A stretch of DNA of 40,662 nt, taken from the NCBI GenBank assembly GCA_049472295.1, contig JBLIRM010000005.1, positions 1 to 40,662 of the forward strand, given 5' to 3'. Origin of the DNA: a bacterium. GTDB lineage: Bacteria; SZUA-182; DTGQ01; JAFGSM01. A program made the translations under genes and the position numbers. Position 1 is the first letter of the stretch; the number at the start of each line of letters is the position of its first letter. The notes beneath the pieces are model-generated. The model saw only the letters and a list, made by a program, of their open reading frames with translations. It had not been told where the DNA came from and did no database searches. Below are positions 26,298 to 34,428 of this stretch, piece by piece.

Positions 26298-28292
26298 ATG
26301 AAAGCGTCAGAATTGAATATTCCAGGAGCAGGACCATGGGAAATAAGGAATCACCCCAATCGAGGCTCTATTGTTCAAAATGGTAATATTGAACGTTACC
26401 AAATTCAAGTCCCTTTTTTATTAATTATTTTTAATGATGAAGCAAGCCTCGCTGGTATGCCAAGTCAATTGGAAGCTGCACAAAAACATGCTGAAACGCT
26501 TCGCAAAATCTCCTTCCCGAATCTTTCGGCCTATTATCTGGAAAACTCTTATGGAACTTTCGAATTTATATTTCGCTTAAAAACCGCAATATTAGACAAA
26601 CCCCGGAATGATCGAGCAGGCTTACCAGAACCACAGTATGATAATGGAGGGAGCCTAATCAATCGTAACGATTTCCCACCAGCAAAGCAATATAAGGGAT
26701 TATGCGGATTTATTGTTTGGGATAAGGATCCAGGTCCAGGCGAGGTTCCTCACGGGCATCCTTGGTTTAGAAATTATAATGCGACAGCGGAGAGAAATTA
26801 TGCACTCGCAGCTATTCGGGCTGCAAGTGAGATATCATATCCATGGGATGATCCAGGAGGGATTGACGAATGGCTGGACTTCGGACTACCTTCTCAGGAT
26901 AGTCAAGCCATTTTTTTAATGGCGTCTCCAAGTTTGTCTGGCGGAGGAAATAGAAAATTTATACATTATTTAACTGGTGGCCGTATTGGGGAATATCATC
27001 CAGAAGAAGAAAGTCCTATCAGATTTAATAATCATATTTTGCGAAAATATATATGGAGCGAATGGAAATGGGAGACTTTTGCTCACGAATTAGGTCATTC
27101 AATTGGAGCTCCGGACCTCTATTATATCAATTCTGTACAAGGACACCTCATAGATCCCACTACGGGTACCAGCGTCAGTCTTATGGGATGGTCAAATGGA
27201 GCTCCGCATTTTGATGCTTTTTTAAAATTCCGATGGGATTGGCTGAATCCAAGGGTAATTACACCTGGGCCATGGCAAAAGCGAATCAACTTGTCTCCAG
27301 TTTATGAAAAACCAGAAAATTCATTATTGTTAAGACCGGATATTTCCAACCACGAAGACGAATTTTTTATTGTGGAGGTTCGAGGAAACGATGGAAAAGC
27401 TTGGCATGGTAAAACAAAAAAGTATGATAAAAATCTAGCCCCTGCTCACCGTGGCGTTTATGTTTACCACATTAACTCACATAATCCAAATCTCAGTGCC
27501 CCTCAAATTGACCTTGAGGGTGAACCTCCAGGAACAGTTAGCTTAGATGCTTTCCAATCAGGCGAGATTTTCCACCCGCCAAATAGTAACTTTTATGATT
27601 CCAGCCCAAGTGGACTTACCATTAAAATAGGTGGAGATCATTCGAATGGTGCCTATTTTCTAGTGATTGAATGGGTTATGAACACCGGAGAAGGGGAATT
27701 TTATAAAATGCTTTCCAATGGCAAAATGCAACACCAAAAAATCCACTTTGGATGGCGAAGTTTGTGGTCCCATATCATCCCTGGCAATTTTGGTGGCAGT
27801 GGCTATACTGATCTGTTGTTTTATGATCCTACTCGAGGAGAGGCTGAGTTCGACACAACGGACGGCAAAGGCGGTATGAGACGCTTAAAATCACATTATA
27901 ATTGGCGTCGTACTTGGTCCCATATCATCCCTGGCAATTTTGGTGGCAGCGGCTATACTGATCTGTTGTTTTATGATCCCACTCGAGGAGAGGCTGAATT
28001 CTACACAACGGACGGCAAAGGCGGTATAAGACGGTTGGAATCACATCGTAATTGGCGTCGTACTTGGTCCCATATCATCCCTGGCAATTATGGTGGCAGC
28101 GGCTATACTGATCTGTTGTTCTATGATCCCACTCGAGGAGAGGCCGAATTCGACACAACAGACGGCAAAGGTGGCATGAGACGCTTAGAATCACATCATA
28201 GTTGGCGCCCTACATGGTATCTTATTATTGGAGGTGATTTCGGGGGTTCCAGATATACTGATTTGCTATTCTTTGATCGAGGTACATTTTAG
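26298..28292 (+). CDS. M6 (immune inhibitor A)-like zinc metalloprotease with C-terminal FG-GAP-like repeats
   Basis: HELGHSIGAPDLY zinc motif, SLMG Met-turn, PHFDAFLK..WDWL, EFFIVEVR and GVYVYHI segments; AAGGAGG RBS; C-terminal WSHIIPGNFGGSGYTDLLFYD repeats. Confidence 0.8.
   Translation: MKASELNIPGAGPWEIRNHPNRGSIVQNGNIERYQIQVPFLLIIFNDEASLAGMPSQLEAAQKHAETLRKISFPNLSAYYLENSYGTFEFIFRLKTAILDKPRNDRAGLPEPQYDNGGSLINRNDFPPAKQYKGLCGFIVWDKDPGPGEVPHGHPWFRNYNATAERNYALAAIRAASEISYPWDDPGGIDEWLDFGLPSQDSQAIFLMASPSLSGGGNRKFIHYLTGGRIGEYHPEEESPIRFNNHILRKYIWSEWKWETFAHELGHSIGAPDLYYINSVQGHLIDPTTGTSVSLMGWSNGAPHFDAFLKFRWDWLNPRVITPGPWQKRINLSPVYEKPENSLLLRPDISNHEDEFFIVEVRGNDGKAWHGKTKKYDKNLAPAHRGVYVYHINSHNPNLSAPQIDLEGEPPGTVSLDAFQSGEIFHPPNSNFYDSSPSGLTIKIGGDHSNGAYFLVIEWVMNTGEGEFYKMLSNGKMQHQKIHFGWRSLWSHIIPGNFGGSGYTDLLFYDPTRGEAEFDTTDGKGGMRRLKSHYNWRRTWSHIIPGNFGGSGYTDLLFYDPTRGEAEFYTTDGKGGIRRLESHRNWRRTWSHIIPGNYGGSGYTDLLFYDPTRGEAEFDTTDGKGGMRRLESHHSWRPTWYLIIGGDFGGSRYTDLLFFDRGTF
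27765..28280 (+). repeat. Intragenic 150-bp (50-aa) tandem repeat, three near-identical units plus a degenerate partial
   Basis: TGGTCCCATATCATCCCTGGCAATT starts at 27765, 27915 and 28065; degenerate unit at 28215. Confidence 0.95.
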
Positions 28293-28373
28293 TATAGAAG
28301 ATATGTAGGAACTTCGCATGATTCTCATATAGACTGGCCGGGGAGAGAAACTCCTAGCTGGTGGTGCTTCGAT

Positions 28374-28650
28374 CTATGTATATCTCATTAAACTGCTTGC
28401 CCTCGACACTGACATTGATGAGGCCCCGCGGGAACAAGCTGGGAATAGACGTCGAGGCCAGAAGTATGAGCGGATCATCGGCACGGAGTTGGGATGCCCG
28501 CTGTTGCTGATAGCTTCGAGATTCCACATCGCAGAACGGACGGCATCCAGATTGGCGGTTCTAACAAACAGCCGCCTTATTCCCTGAGGTTCGGCCGTAA
28601 TCTGCTCGATCAGCTCGCCATCAACCATTTCGATGAAAATGTTCTGCAAT
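28374..28650 (-). pseudogene. Probable gene fragment of unknown origin
   Basis: GC-richer open frame (NIFIEMVDGELIEQITAEPQGIRRLFVRT...) that begins abruptly at junction repeat C, with no credible start or RBS of its own. Confidence 0.35.
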
Positions 28651-28658
28651 AGGGTATA

Positions 28659-28692
28659 ATCCTCATTTTGATTGAATATCAAGCACTTAAAA
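28659..28692 (-). repeat. Junction repeat copy C
   Basis: 34 bp identical to 25014-25047. Confidence 0.85.
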
Positions 28693-28903
28693 ATCTGCAA
28701 TCCAGTCAGCAGGAAACTTTTTCTAGATCGTTCTTTGGAAATATAAAAATAGAATTTTCTGAAAGGAGAATATAATAATCAATTAATATGATTATTTATT
28801 CTATGACAGATGTATAAAAAATCTTTATAAAACAAGGCAAGACAATCCCCGAAGTTATCCAATTGCAGTGGCAATCAGAATTTAAATTGATTGAATGATT
28901 GGA

Positions 28904-29083
28904 CTAAGCCCTTGCTTTCCTTGTTTTAAGCCCGCGAATCTTATTGAACTCTTTGATAAAAACCTGATAAACCTCATTCAGAAACTTGGTCCCGCCAAAA
29001 ATCATCGCTGGCATAAGCATAATCATTACTACGGCCGTCAACATTATGAGAAAGAATAGCTTAATAATAACCATGATCTTCAT
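28904..29083 (-). CDS. Small single-TM hypothetical protein (59 aa)
   Basis: GGGGAGGTG RBS before ATG 29083; hydrophobic N-half and basic tail; preceded by sigma54- and sigma28-type promoters. Confidence 0.65.
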   Translation of the reverse strand: MKIMVIIKLFFLIMLTAVVMIMLMPAMIFGGTKFLNEVYQVFIKEFNKIRGLKTRKARA

Positions 29084-29130
29084 AAATATCACCTCCCCAA
29101 AATTTCGATTATCTCCTCTACAAATAAAAA

Positions 29131-29147
29131 AGCAATTTATGTGCCAA
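29131..29147 (-). promoter_or_regulatory. sigma54 (-24/-12) promoter
   Basis: Minus strand TTGGCACATAAATTGCT matches YTGGCAC-N5-TTGCW. Confidence 0.8.
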
Positions 29148-29172
29148 GTTCACTTTTCTTTTGGCTGATATC

Positions 29173-29199
29173 TTATCGGAAAATTATTCTTTATTCTTA
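29173..29199 (-). promoter_or_regulatory. sigma28 (FliA/WhiG)-like promoter
   Basis: Minus strand TAAG-N15-TCCGATAA versus consensus TAAA-N15-GCCGATAA. Confidence 0.5.
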
Positions 29200-29470
29200 G
29201 GGTAAAAACTATTTGTGAACAATGTCATAGCCTTTTTTCTAAATATCCCATATCATGTTTTATCTATGGATATCTTTCTTTAACTCCTTAATACCGATTA
29301 CCTTTTAGCAGATTTTGCACAAATGCTGTCCAACAAATAGCCAAATATCCCTCTGCGACACAACCGTCCGAGTCAAAATAACCCAAAAATGGATCGTTAT
29401 AGATTGATATAGAATGACGTCGTGTGAAAAGAAAAAGAGGAAGGAAACAAGGTTCAAAAAGGAAATATGC

Positions 29471-29836
29471 TTAATTCTGAGGGGATTCCTCGCTGGAATG
29501 ATCTACCTTGTCGATATCCTCCTGACACTGGATATCGATGGAATTGGAATGTTCGGAGCCACTCAATGCCTGCCCGCAATTCGGACAATATCTGGCCCTT
29601 TCGATATTCTTAAAGGAGTAATGACAATATGGGCATACTTGAACTTGCTTCGTTTGCTTTGTCTGCCCCTCTTGCCAGCGGACAAAAAGCCAAAGGGGCA
29701 AAAATATGATCAGGGCCATAAAAGTGCCAAATGCCCATAACAGGGCTTGACCTTCGGTACGCCCCTTTTGTCTGGCATCCATAAATACCCAGAGGGAAGC
29801 TAAGATTGGTATCAATATGGCTACAAAAAAATGCAT
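29471..29836 (-). CDS. Membrane protein with C-terminal zinc ribbon
   Basis: Two TM helices (WVFMDARQKG...LWAFGTF...LPLWLFVR) followed by CPYC...CPNCG; AGGA RBS. Confidence 0.8.
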   Translation of the reverse strand: MHFFVAILIPILASLWVFMDARQKGRTEGQALLWAFGTFMALIIFLPLWLFVRWQEGQTKQTKQVQVCPYCHYSFKNIERARYCPNCGQALSGSEHSNSIDIQCQEDIDKVDHSSEESPQN

Positions 29837-29994
29837 TCCTTAAATCCTCGATCATTAAAGATTCAACATTCTTTAATCATATCCCATCAGAGTGGCGATG
29901 TAAAGTCAATCAACGGACATATTTACGGAGCGATATAGGGAGGCTTTTTCTGAATTTCTTGGCGAAGCGGAGAGGAAAAACCATGCAGGAACCA

Positions 29995-31617
29995 TCAAAA
30001 CGGAAAACCAAGGATCGGGAATCCGAAGGAGAGGCCGAATAGAGGAGAAAACATGGGATATGCAAACATCCCGGATGCAGGAAACATCATCTGTGAAGAT
30101 GGGAAAAAGGGCGTGTTCATGTTATTGAACGTACCCTGAGAAGGCATCGAATAATATGAGGAATTGCCTGAATATGATGAATAACTTGGAGTAAAACCGT
30201 AACTGCTTTGAGAGGTTTGATTGGCTTCATAATTATTACTAAAAGAACCATAATTATTACCGTATAGAGGTACCTGTGAACCGTAATTATTACTTGCCAT
30301 CACCCGTGTGGCGCCGGATGGAGTTGACGAAGATGGCCAACTCGGGCCTGTAAAACCTCCCCAATTGCTCTGGCCGGTATATCCAAGACTAAAAGGAGAT
30401 GGCCACATTAAAGGCGACAGATTGGGCATGATGTTATAGGGGACCAAACCTATTCCCAGAACCGGCCACATTCCTAACCCCGGAGCCATATAGGGAATTG
30501 TCGAGATAGGATAACTAATATAGGAGCCAAAAGTTGATCCTGTTGATCCAGTGGCTGAATCTTCTTCTTTCTTGGGATGGATTGTCACAATACAATCAGT
30601 GGCCTCATCCCAATCCACATAAATATCCCTATGGGTGGAACTCCATGTATCATGATTGATCGTCCAGCGGGTCGTGGGTGTCTCCAGAAATCCTATGGTG
30701 ACAAACCAATGCTCCTGCCAAATGGAATGGCCCATGACCCCATATAAAACGGGCCTTTCATTCAATATTTCATCCCTAAGTTCAAAAAAATCCTTATTGT
30801 AATTCAGATCTGTCTCGAAATCATATTGATTATTATAGTTGGTGGCATTACAGACCCTTTCAATGCCATCATGCACATCCTCATCCCTGACCCCGCCTTG
30901 AGAGGTTCCCATGGAGGGATAGTTCATAGCCTCTTGAAGCTCATAAACGAGCTTTCTCACATCCTCCAAGTTTTCCGGGTCTGAATCAACCAGAAGCGGA
31001 TAACCATGCTTATCCCAATATCCCAGCACACAAGCGGCAGCAACAGGACCGCAATTTCCAGGATCACCAAAATCGGATTGGGAATAATCAGGGACATCCT
31101 GGATGATGGTGTTTTCATTCTGCAATTCAAGGCTTGTGATCTGGATGGTATATGCCTCCTGTGCACCATAACTGTCCACATCAAAATTCTTGACCCTGAC
31201 ATAATATGTCCCGGGGTTAGAACAGGTCCATTGGATCAGGGAACTGCCATCTTCCTTGAAATCATCGTTTCGGCTAATGTTGGATTGGGTCGGATCAGCA
31301 TAAAGGTAAATGATGGTATCCACAAGATGATAGGTATATCCTTGTTTCTTTGGACGGCTAAATATCTGGTAAGTCACATTTTGTTCGGCAGAGAACCAGT
31401 ACCAGTCAATATCACCTGAAAAAGCAAAGTTATTGATCAGAGACACCCCGTTTGGATAAATGCGAGTGGCCCCCTGATAGACATCATCCTGTTCCCAAAA
31501 GATGTCTTGTGCTTGGGCCATATCAAATTGCATGAAAATCAGGAAAAAAATGGCCAGGACGACCATGCCCATGCATAACTTCTGTTTCTTTATATGACAA
31601 ATGTGATTTCTATTCAT
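29995..31617 (-). CDS. Secreted papain-fold cysteine peptidase (C39/C10-like) with PPC domain and low-complexity S/Y/G/P tail
   Basis: Signal peptide (…AQAQD); PPC-like domain (GDIDWYWF, DTIIYLY, NDD, GTYYVRV); catalytic motifs Q…NCGPVAAACVLGYW, HWFVTIGF and INHDTW; about 185-aa low-complexity tail. Confidence 0.75.
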   Translation of the reverse strand: MNRNHICHIKKQKLCMGMVVLAIFFLIFMQFDMAQAQDIFWEQDDVYQGATRIYPNGVSLINNFAFSGDIDWYWFSAEQNVTYQIFSRPKKQGYTYHLVDTIIYLYADPTQSNISRNDDFKEDGSSLIQWTCSNPGTYYVRVKNFDVDSYGAQEAYTIQITSLELQNENTIIQDVPDYSQSDFGDPGNCGPVAAACVLGYWDKHGYPLLVDSDPENLEDVRKLVYELQEAMNYPSMGTSQGGVRDEDVHDGIERVCNATNYNNQYDFETDLNYNKDFFELRDEILNERPVLYGVMGHSIWQEHWFVTIGFLETPTTRWTINHDTWSSTHRDIYVDWDEATDCIVTIHPKKEEDSATGSTGSTFGSYISYPISTIPYMAPGLGMWPVLGIGLVPYNIMPNLSPLMWPSPFSLGYTGQSNWGGFTGPSWPSSSTPSGATRVMASNNYGSQVPLYGNNYGSFSNNYEANQTSQSSYGFTPSYSSYSGNSSYYSMPSQGTFNNMNTPFFPSSQMMFPASGMFAYPMFSPLFGLSFGFPILGFPF

Positions 31618-31687
31618 TGCTTTAAAAGTTTTCTGGATGAATGATGAAAATTGTTTTCATTGGATATAAGAGACATTTTAATCATTT

Positions 31688-32833
31688 CTATTTAAAATCC
31701 GTTGGGATATATTGCATCGGCTTCAGTACAGGCAAATTGATTCTTATCCGGTTTCCGCTCCCGCCATCCTCGTCAACAACCATTTTCCCTCCGAGGGATT
31801 GAATGATCTTGTGTGCCAAATAAAGGCCTATGCCGGTCCCATTCTGTTTATGGGTAAAAAACTGACTGAGGATAAACTTAAAATTCTCTTTGGATATCCC
31901 TTGTCCGAAATCCTGATGCTCAATCTCGATCTCATTCCCCTTTGAAAGCGTTTTACCTTTAATATAGATGGTTCCCTGACCACCCATGGCATGATAGGAA
32001 TTTCGAAGGAGACTCATGAAGACCTGCTCCAACTGAACCCGATCCCCGTAAAGTCTGGGGAATTTTTTGGGTATATCCTTGATAATCTCCATATGCTCAA
32101 AATCCATTTCTTTCCTTATGAAAAAAACGGCCCTTTCGATCAACTCTTCCAGTTCGATATGTGCATAATCCATCCTATTCGGCCGGGCAAACTCCATGAT
32201 ATGATCAATGGCCCCAGATAATCTTTGACATTGGCTCAAAATTTCACTCAACACACCTTGCATCTTTTCAATTTGAATGGATTCATCCGATAATTTACAA
32301 AGGCCCATCTCTGCATTGAGGCTGATCACAGCCACCGGATTTCTGATTTCATGCACAAAGCCCGCAGCCAACTCTCCTATGATGGAAAGCCTTTCTAATC
32401 CGATTCTCTCCTCAAACAAAAGTCTATATTCACACTCGAGCACATATTGTTCGATCGCTCGCATAATTTCTAACTTCAATATGTCATGTTTACAGGGTTT
32501 AAAAAGATACTTATAGATGTTCCCCTGATCAACGGCTTCAAGGGCCACTTCAAAATCTGATCTGTCCGCTAACATTATTTGTAGGACATCGGGATAGAGA
32601 TCATGAACTCGACTTAAGAACTCGGTCCCCAAAATCTGTGGCAAATTCTGACCGGATATGATTACTGCGAGATTAGGGGTATTTTCTATGATATTAAATG
32701 CGTCATCAGTTGTGTGTGTGATCAGGACAGAAAAGATATTGCCCAGTCTTTTTCTATAAGACAAAAGTTCCTCAGTATTATTGTTATCCACAAACAAAAC
32801 AGGATAATCCCCATAGTTAATATGCCTAATCAC
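31688..32833 (-). CDS. Cytoplasmic hybrid histidine kinase (degenerate REC-HisKA-HATPase)
   Basis: H-box GFVHEIRNP, N-box EQVFMSLLRNS, G1 DFGQGI, FFTHK and GTGIGL; N-terminal receiver fold. Confidence 0.9.
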   Translation of the reverse strand: MIRHINYGDYPVLFVDNNNTEELLSYRKRLGNIFSVLITHTTDDAFNIIENTPNLAVIISGQNLPQILGTEFLSRVHDLYPDVLQIMLADRSDFEVALEAVDQGNIYKYLFKPCKHDILKLEIMRAIEQYVLECEYRLLFEERIGLERLSIIGELAAGFVHEIRNPVAVISLNAEMGLCKLSDESIQIEKMQGVLSEILSQCQRLSGAIDHIMEFARPNRMDYAHIELEELIERAVFFIRKEMDFEHMEIIKDIPKKFPRLYGDRVQLEQVFMSLLRNSYHAMGGQGTIYIKGKTLSKGNEIEIEHQDFGQGISKENFKFILSQFFTHKQNGTGIGLYLAHKIIQSLGGKMVVDEDGGSGNRIRINLPVLKPMQYIPTDFK

Positions 32834-33527
32834 CTCTTTCTCCGCCCTGATTTTGAACCAGGCTTTCTATAAACTCCCATTTTTTTTTGATCCTCTCGGC
32901 ACGATTTTGATCTTCACTGGCCCCCTTGTTTCGCACTCTATCATCAATCAACTGGTCAACATACTCCCTGTCCATAACCTTCATATCCGAAGTCCGGACA
33001 AAAAGTGTCTTCAGGGATTGAGGGGTTCGAAACTCTATCCAAAATTCCAGGGGCATTGGATATACATAGCTTACAATATCCCAATCCTCATTTGAGGTGG
33101 TTTGGACGAGCAGATTCTTTATCTTATTAAAATTGAGGATATAATCCGGCAAACCTTTATACATTTGAACCACCGGCACATGAGATCTGTTGGCACCGGA
33201 TACAGCAGTGACAATATCCGAACTATTATAATCCAACAGGTTGCCTGACAAGAAGTCATATTGGGATGTGATTAAACTCGACAGAGGGCTATCCGGACGG
33301 CACAATAAAAATATGTAAATTTGGGGCACCCCATCCAGGTCAACAAATGTTTGTGTATGAAGATGAACCAGTGGTCCGAAAACCTCTTGTGAATAATGGA
33401 GTGCTCCAGTCAGGGCGATATCTTTAGATACTTCCTGAGATGAACCTGTCAGCGGCAAAAAAAGGATGATGATGCCCAAAAGAATAGGGCATACGAAATG
33501 TATGATAAATTTCACTCTCATGAACAT
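32826..33527 (-). CDS. Exported hypothetical protein, possibly protease propeptide/Spi-inhibitor-like
   Basis: N-terminal hydrophobic signal; the pattern VSKDIAL..A…DLDGVPQIYIF…AVSGANRSHVPVV resembles cysteine-protease prodomains; 3' end overlaps the kinase start. Confidence 0.65.
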   Translation of the reverse strand: MFMRVKFIIHFVCPILLGIIILFLPLTGSSQEVSKDIALTGALHYSQEVFGPLVHLHTQTFVDLDGVPQIYIFLLCRPDSPLSSLITSQYDFLSGNLLDYNSSDIVTAVSGANRSHVPVVQMYKGLPDYILNFNKIKNLLVQTTSNEDWDIVSYVYPMPLEFWIEFRTPQSLKTLFVRTSDMKVMDREYVDQLIDDRVRNKGASEDQNRAERIKKKWEFIESLVQNQGGERGD

Positions 33528-33777
33528 TGCTTTTATCGGTTTTTTTGTTTGAATAACTTTTTTTATATTTGACGGTTACCCTTAAGGATTCCTTATTCAT
33601 GGGAGTTGGGAATGACATTGGATCTGGATTAAGTTGAGGATTTTTTATCAATTTAAATACCTTGAGCAATTATCCCGGGCTTTACGAAAATGTGAAGTTT
33701 GATATCCTTCATAAACTCCGATAATGTTTCTCCTTTTCTTTCCCATCTATCATTATCACTCTTTGATAATCCAAAGA

Positions 33778-34158
33778 TTATACCTTATCGTCTCTTTCAA
33801 GGACCTCTTTAACCACCCTCTTTAATTCCTCGATTTGAATGGATTTACTTAAAAATTCAAATGCACCAAGCATTTTGGCCTTATTTACATTTTCTGTCCC
33901 AGTGTACGCCGTGATAACGACCACCTTTAAATCGGGTCTGTTCTGTTCAATATAGTCCAAAAATTCCATACCATCCATCTTGGGCATCTTCAAATCGGTC
34001 AGAATTAGATCAAAATCCTCTTTTTCTATGGCAGACAAGGCACTCCTACCATCTGTTGCAGTCTTAACCATATACCCTTCATCTTCGAGGATATCTTGTA
34101 AAACAGCTCTCATCCCTACATCGTCATCGATTAACAGGATACGCTTGGCGGCCATCAT
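33778..34158 (-). CDS. Stand-alone response regulator (receiver domain)
   Basis: ILLIDDD, DLILTDLKMPKMDG, VITAY and FLSK motifs; AGGAGG RBS. Confidence 0.93.
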   Translation of the reverse strand: MMAAKRILLIDDDVGMRAVLQDILEDEGYMVKTATDGRSALSAIEKEDFDLILTDLKMPKMDGMEFLDYIEQNRPDLKVVVITAYTGTENVNKAKMLGAFEFLSKSIQIEELKRVVKEVLERDDKV

Positions 34159-34428
34159 CTACCTCCTATAAAAATCATAATTTGCCCCATTCTCCATCAT
34201 TTAAATCAATAGTAAAACTCGACTTATGCTATACAGGTTTTTTTAATTCCCTCAAGGGATGCCTGCCATAAAAATATTATAAAATGTTCTAAAAAAATTA
34301 TATTAAAAATAGATTATAAAAAATCAAGTAATGTAATAATGACTTAAAAAATGATTATTGTCAAGATTTGATAGAAAAATCATTTTATGATTCAAATATA
34401 AGTATGCCAAGGCATAAGGTTGAGGTTG

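Noticed and set aside
27765-28280. Diversity-generating retroelement template/variable repeat
   Set aside because: The units are in-frame tandem coding repeats, differences are not adenine-specific, and no reverse transcriptase is present.
19434-28692. Classical integron (attC cassettes)
   Set aside because: The repeats lack RYYYAAC…GTTRRRY ends and long dyad symmetry, and no IntI gene is in the window.
33020-33040. tRNA T-loop-like GGTTCGAA
   Set aside because: It lies inside a CDS on the other strand and there is no cloverleaf around it.
34340-34395. Fur boxes upstream of the response regulator
   Set aside because: Only about 11/19 match in very AT-rich DNA, which is expected by chance.
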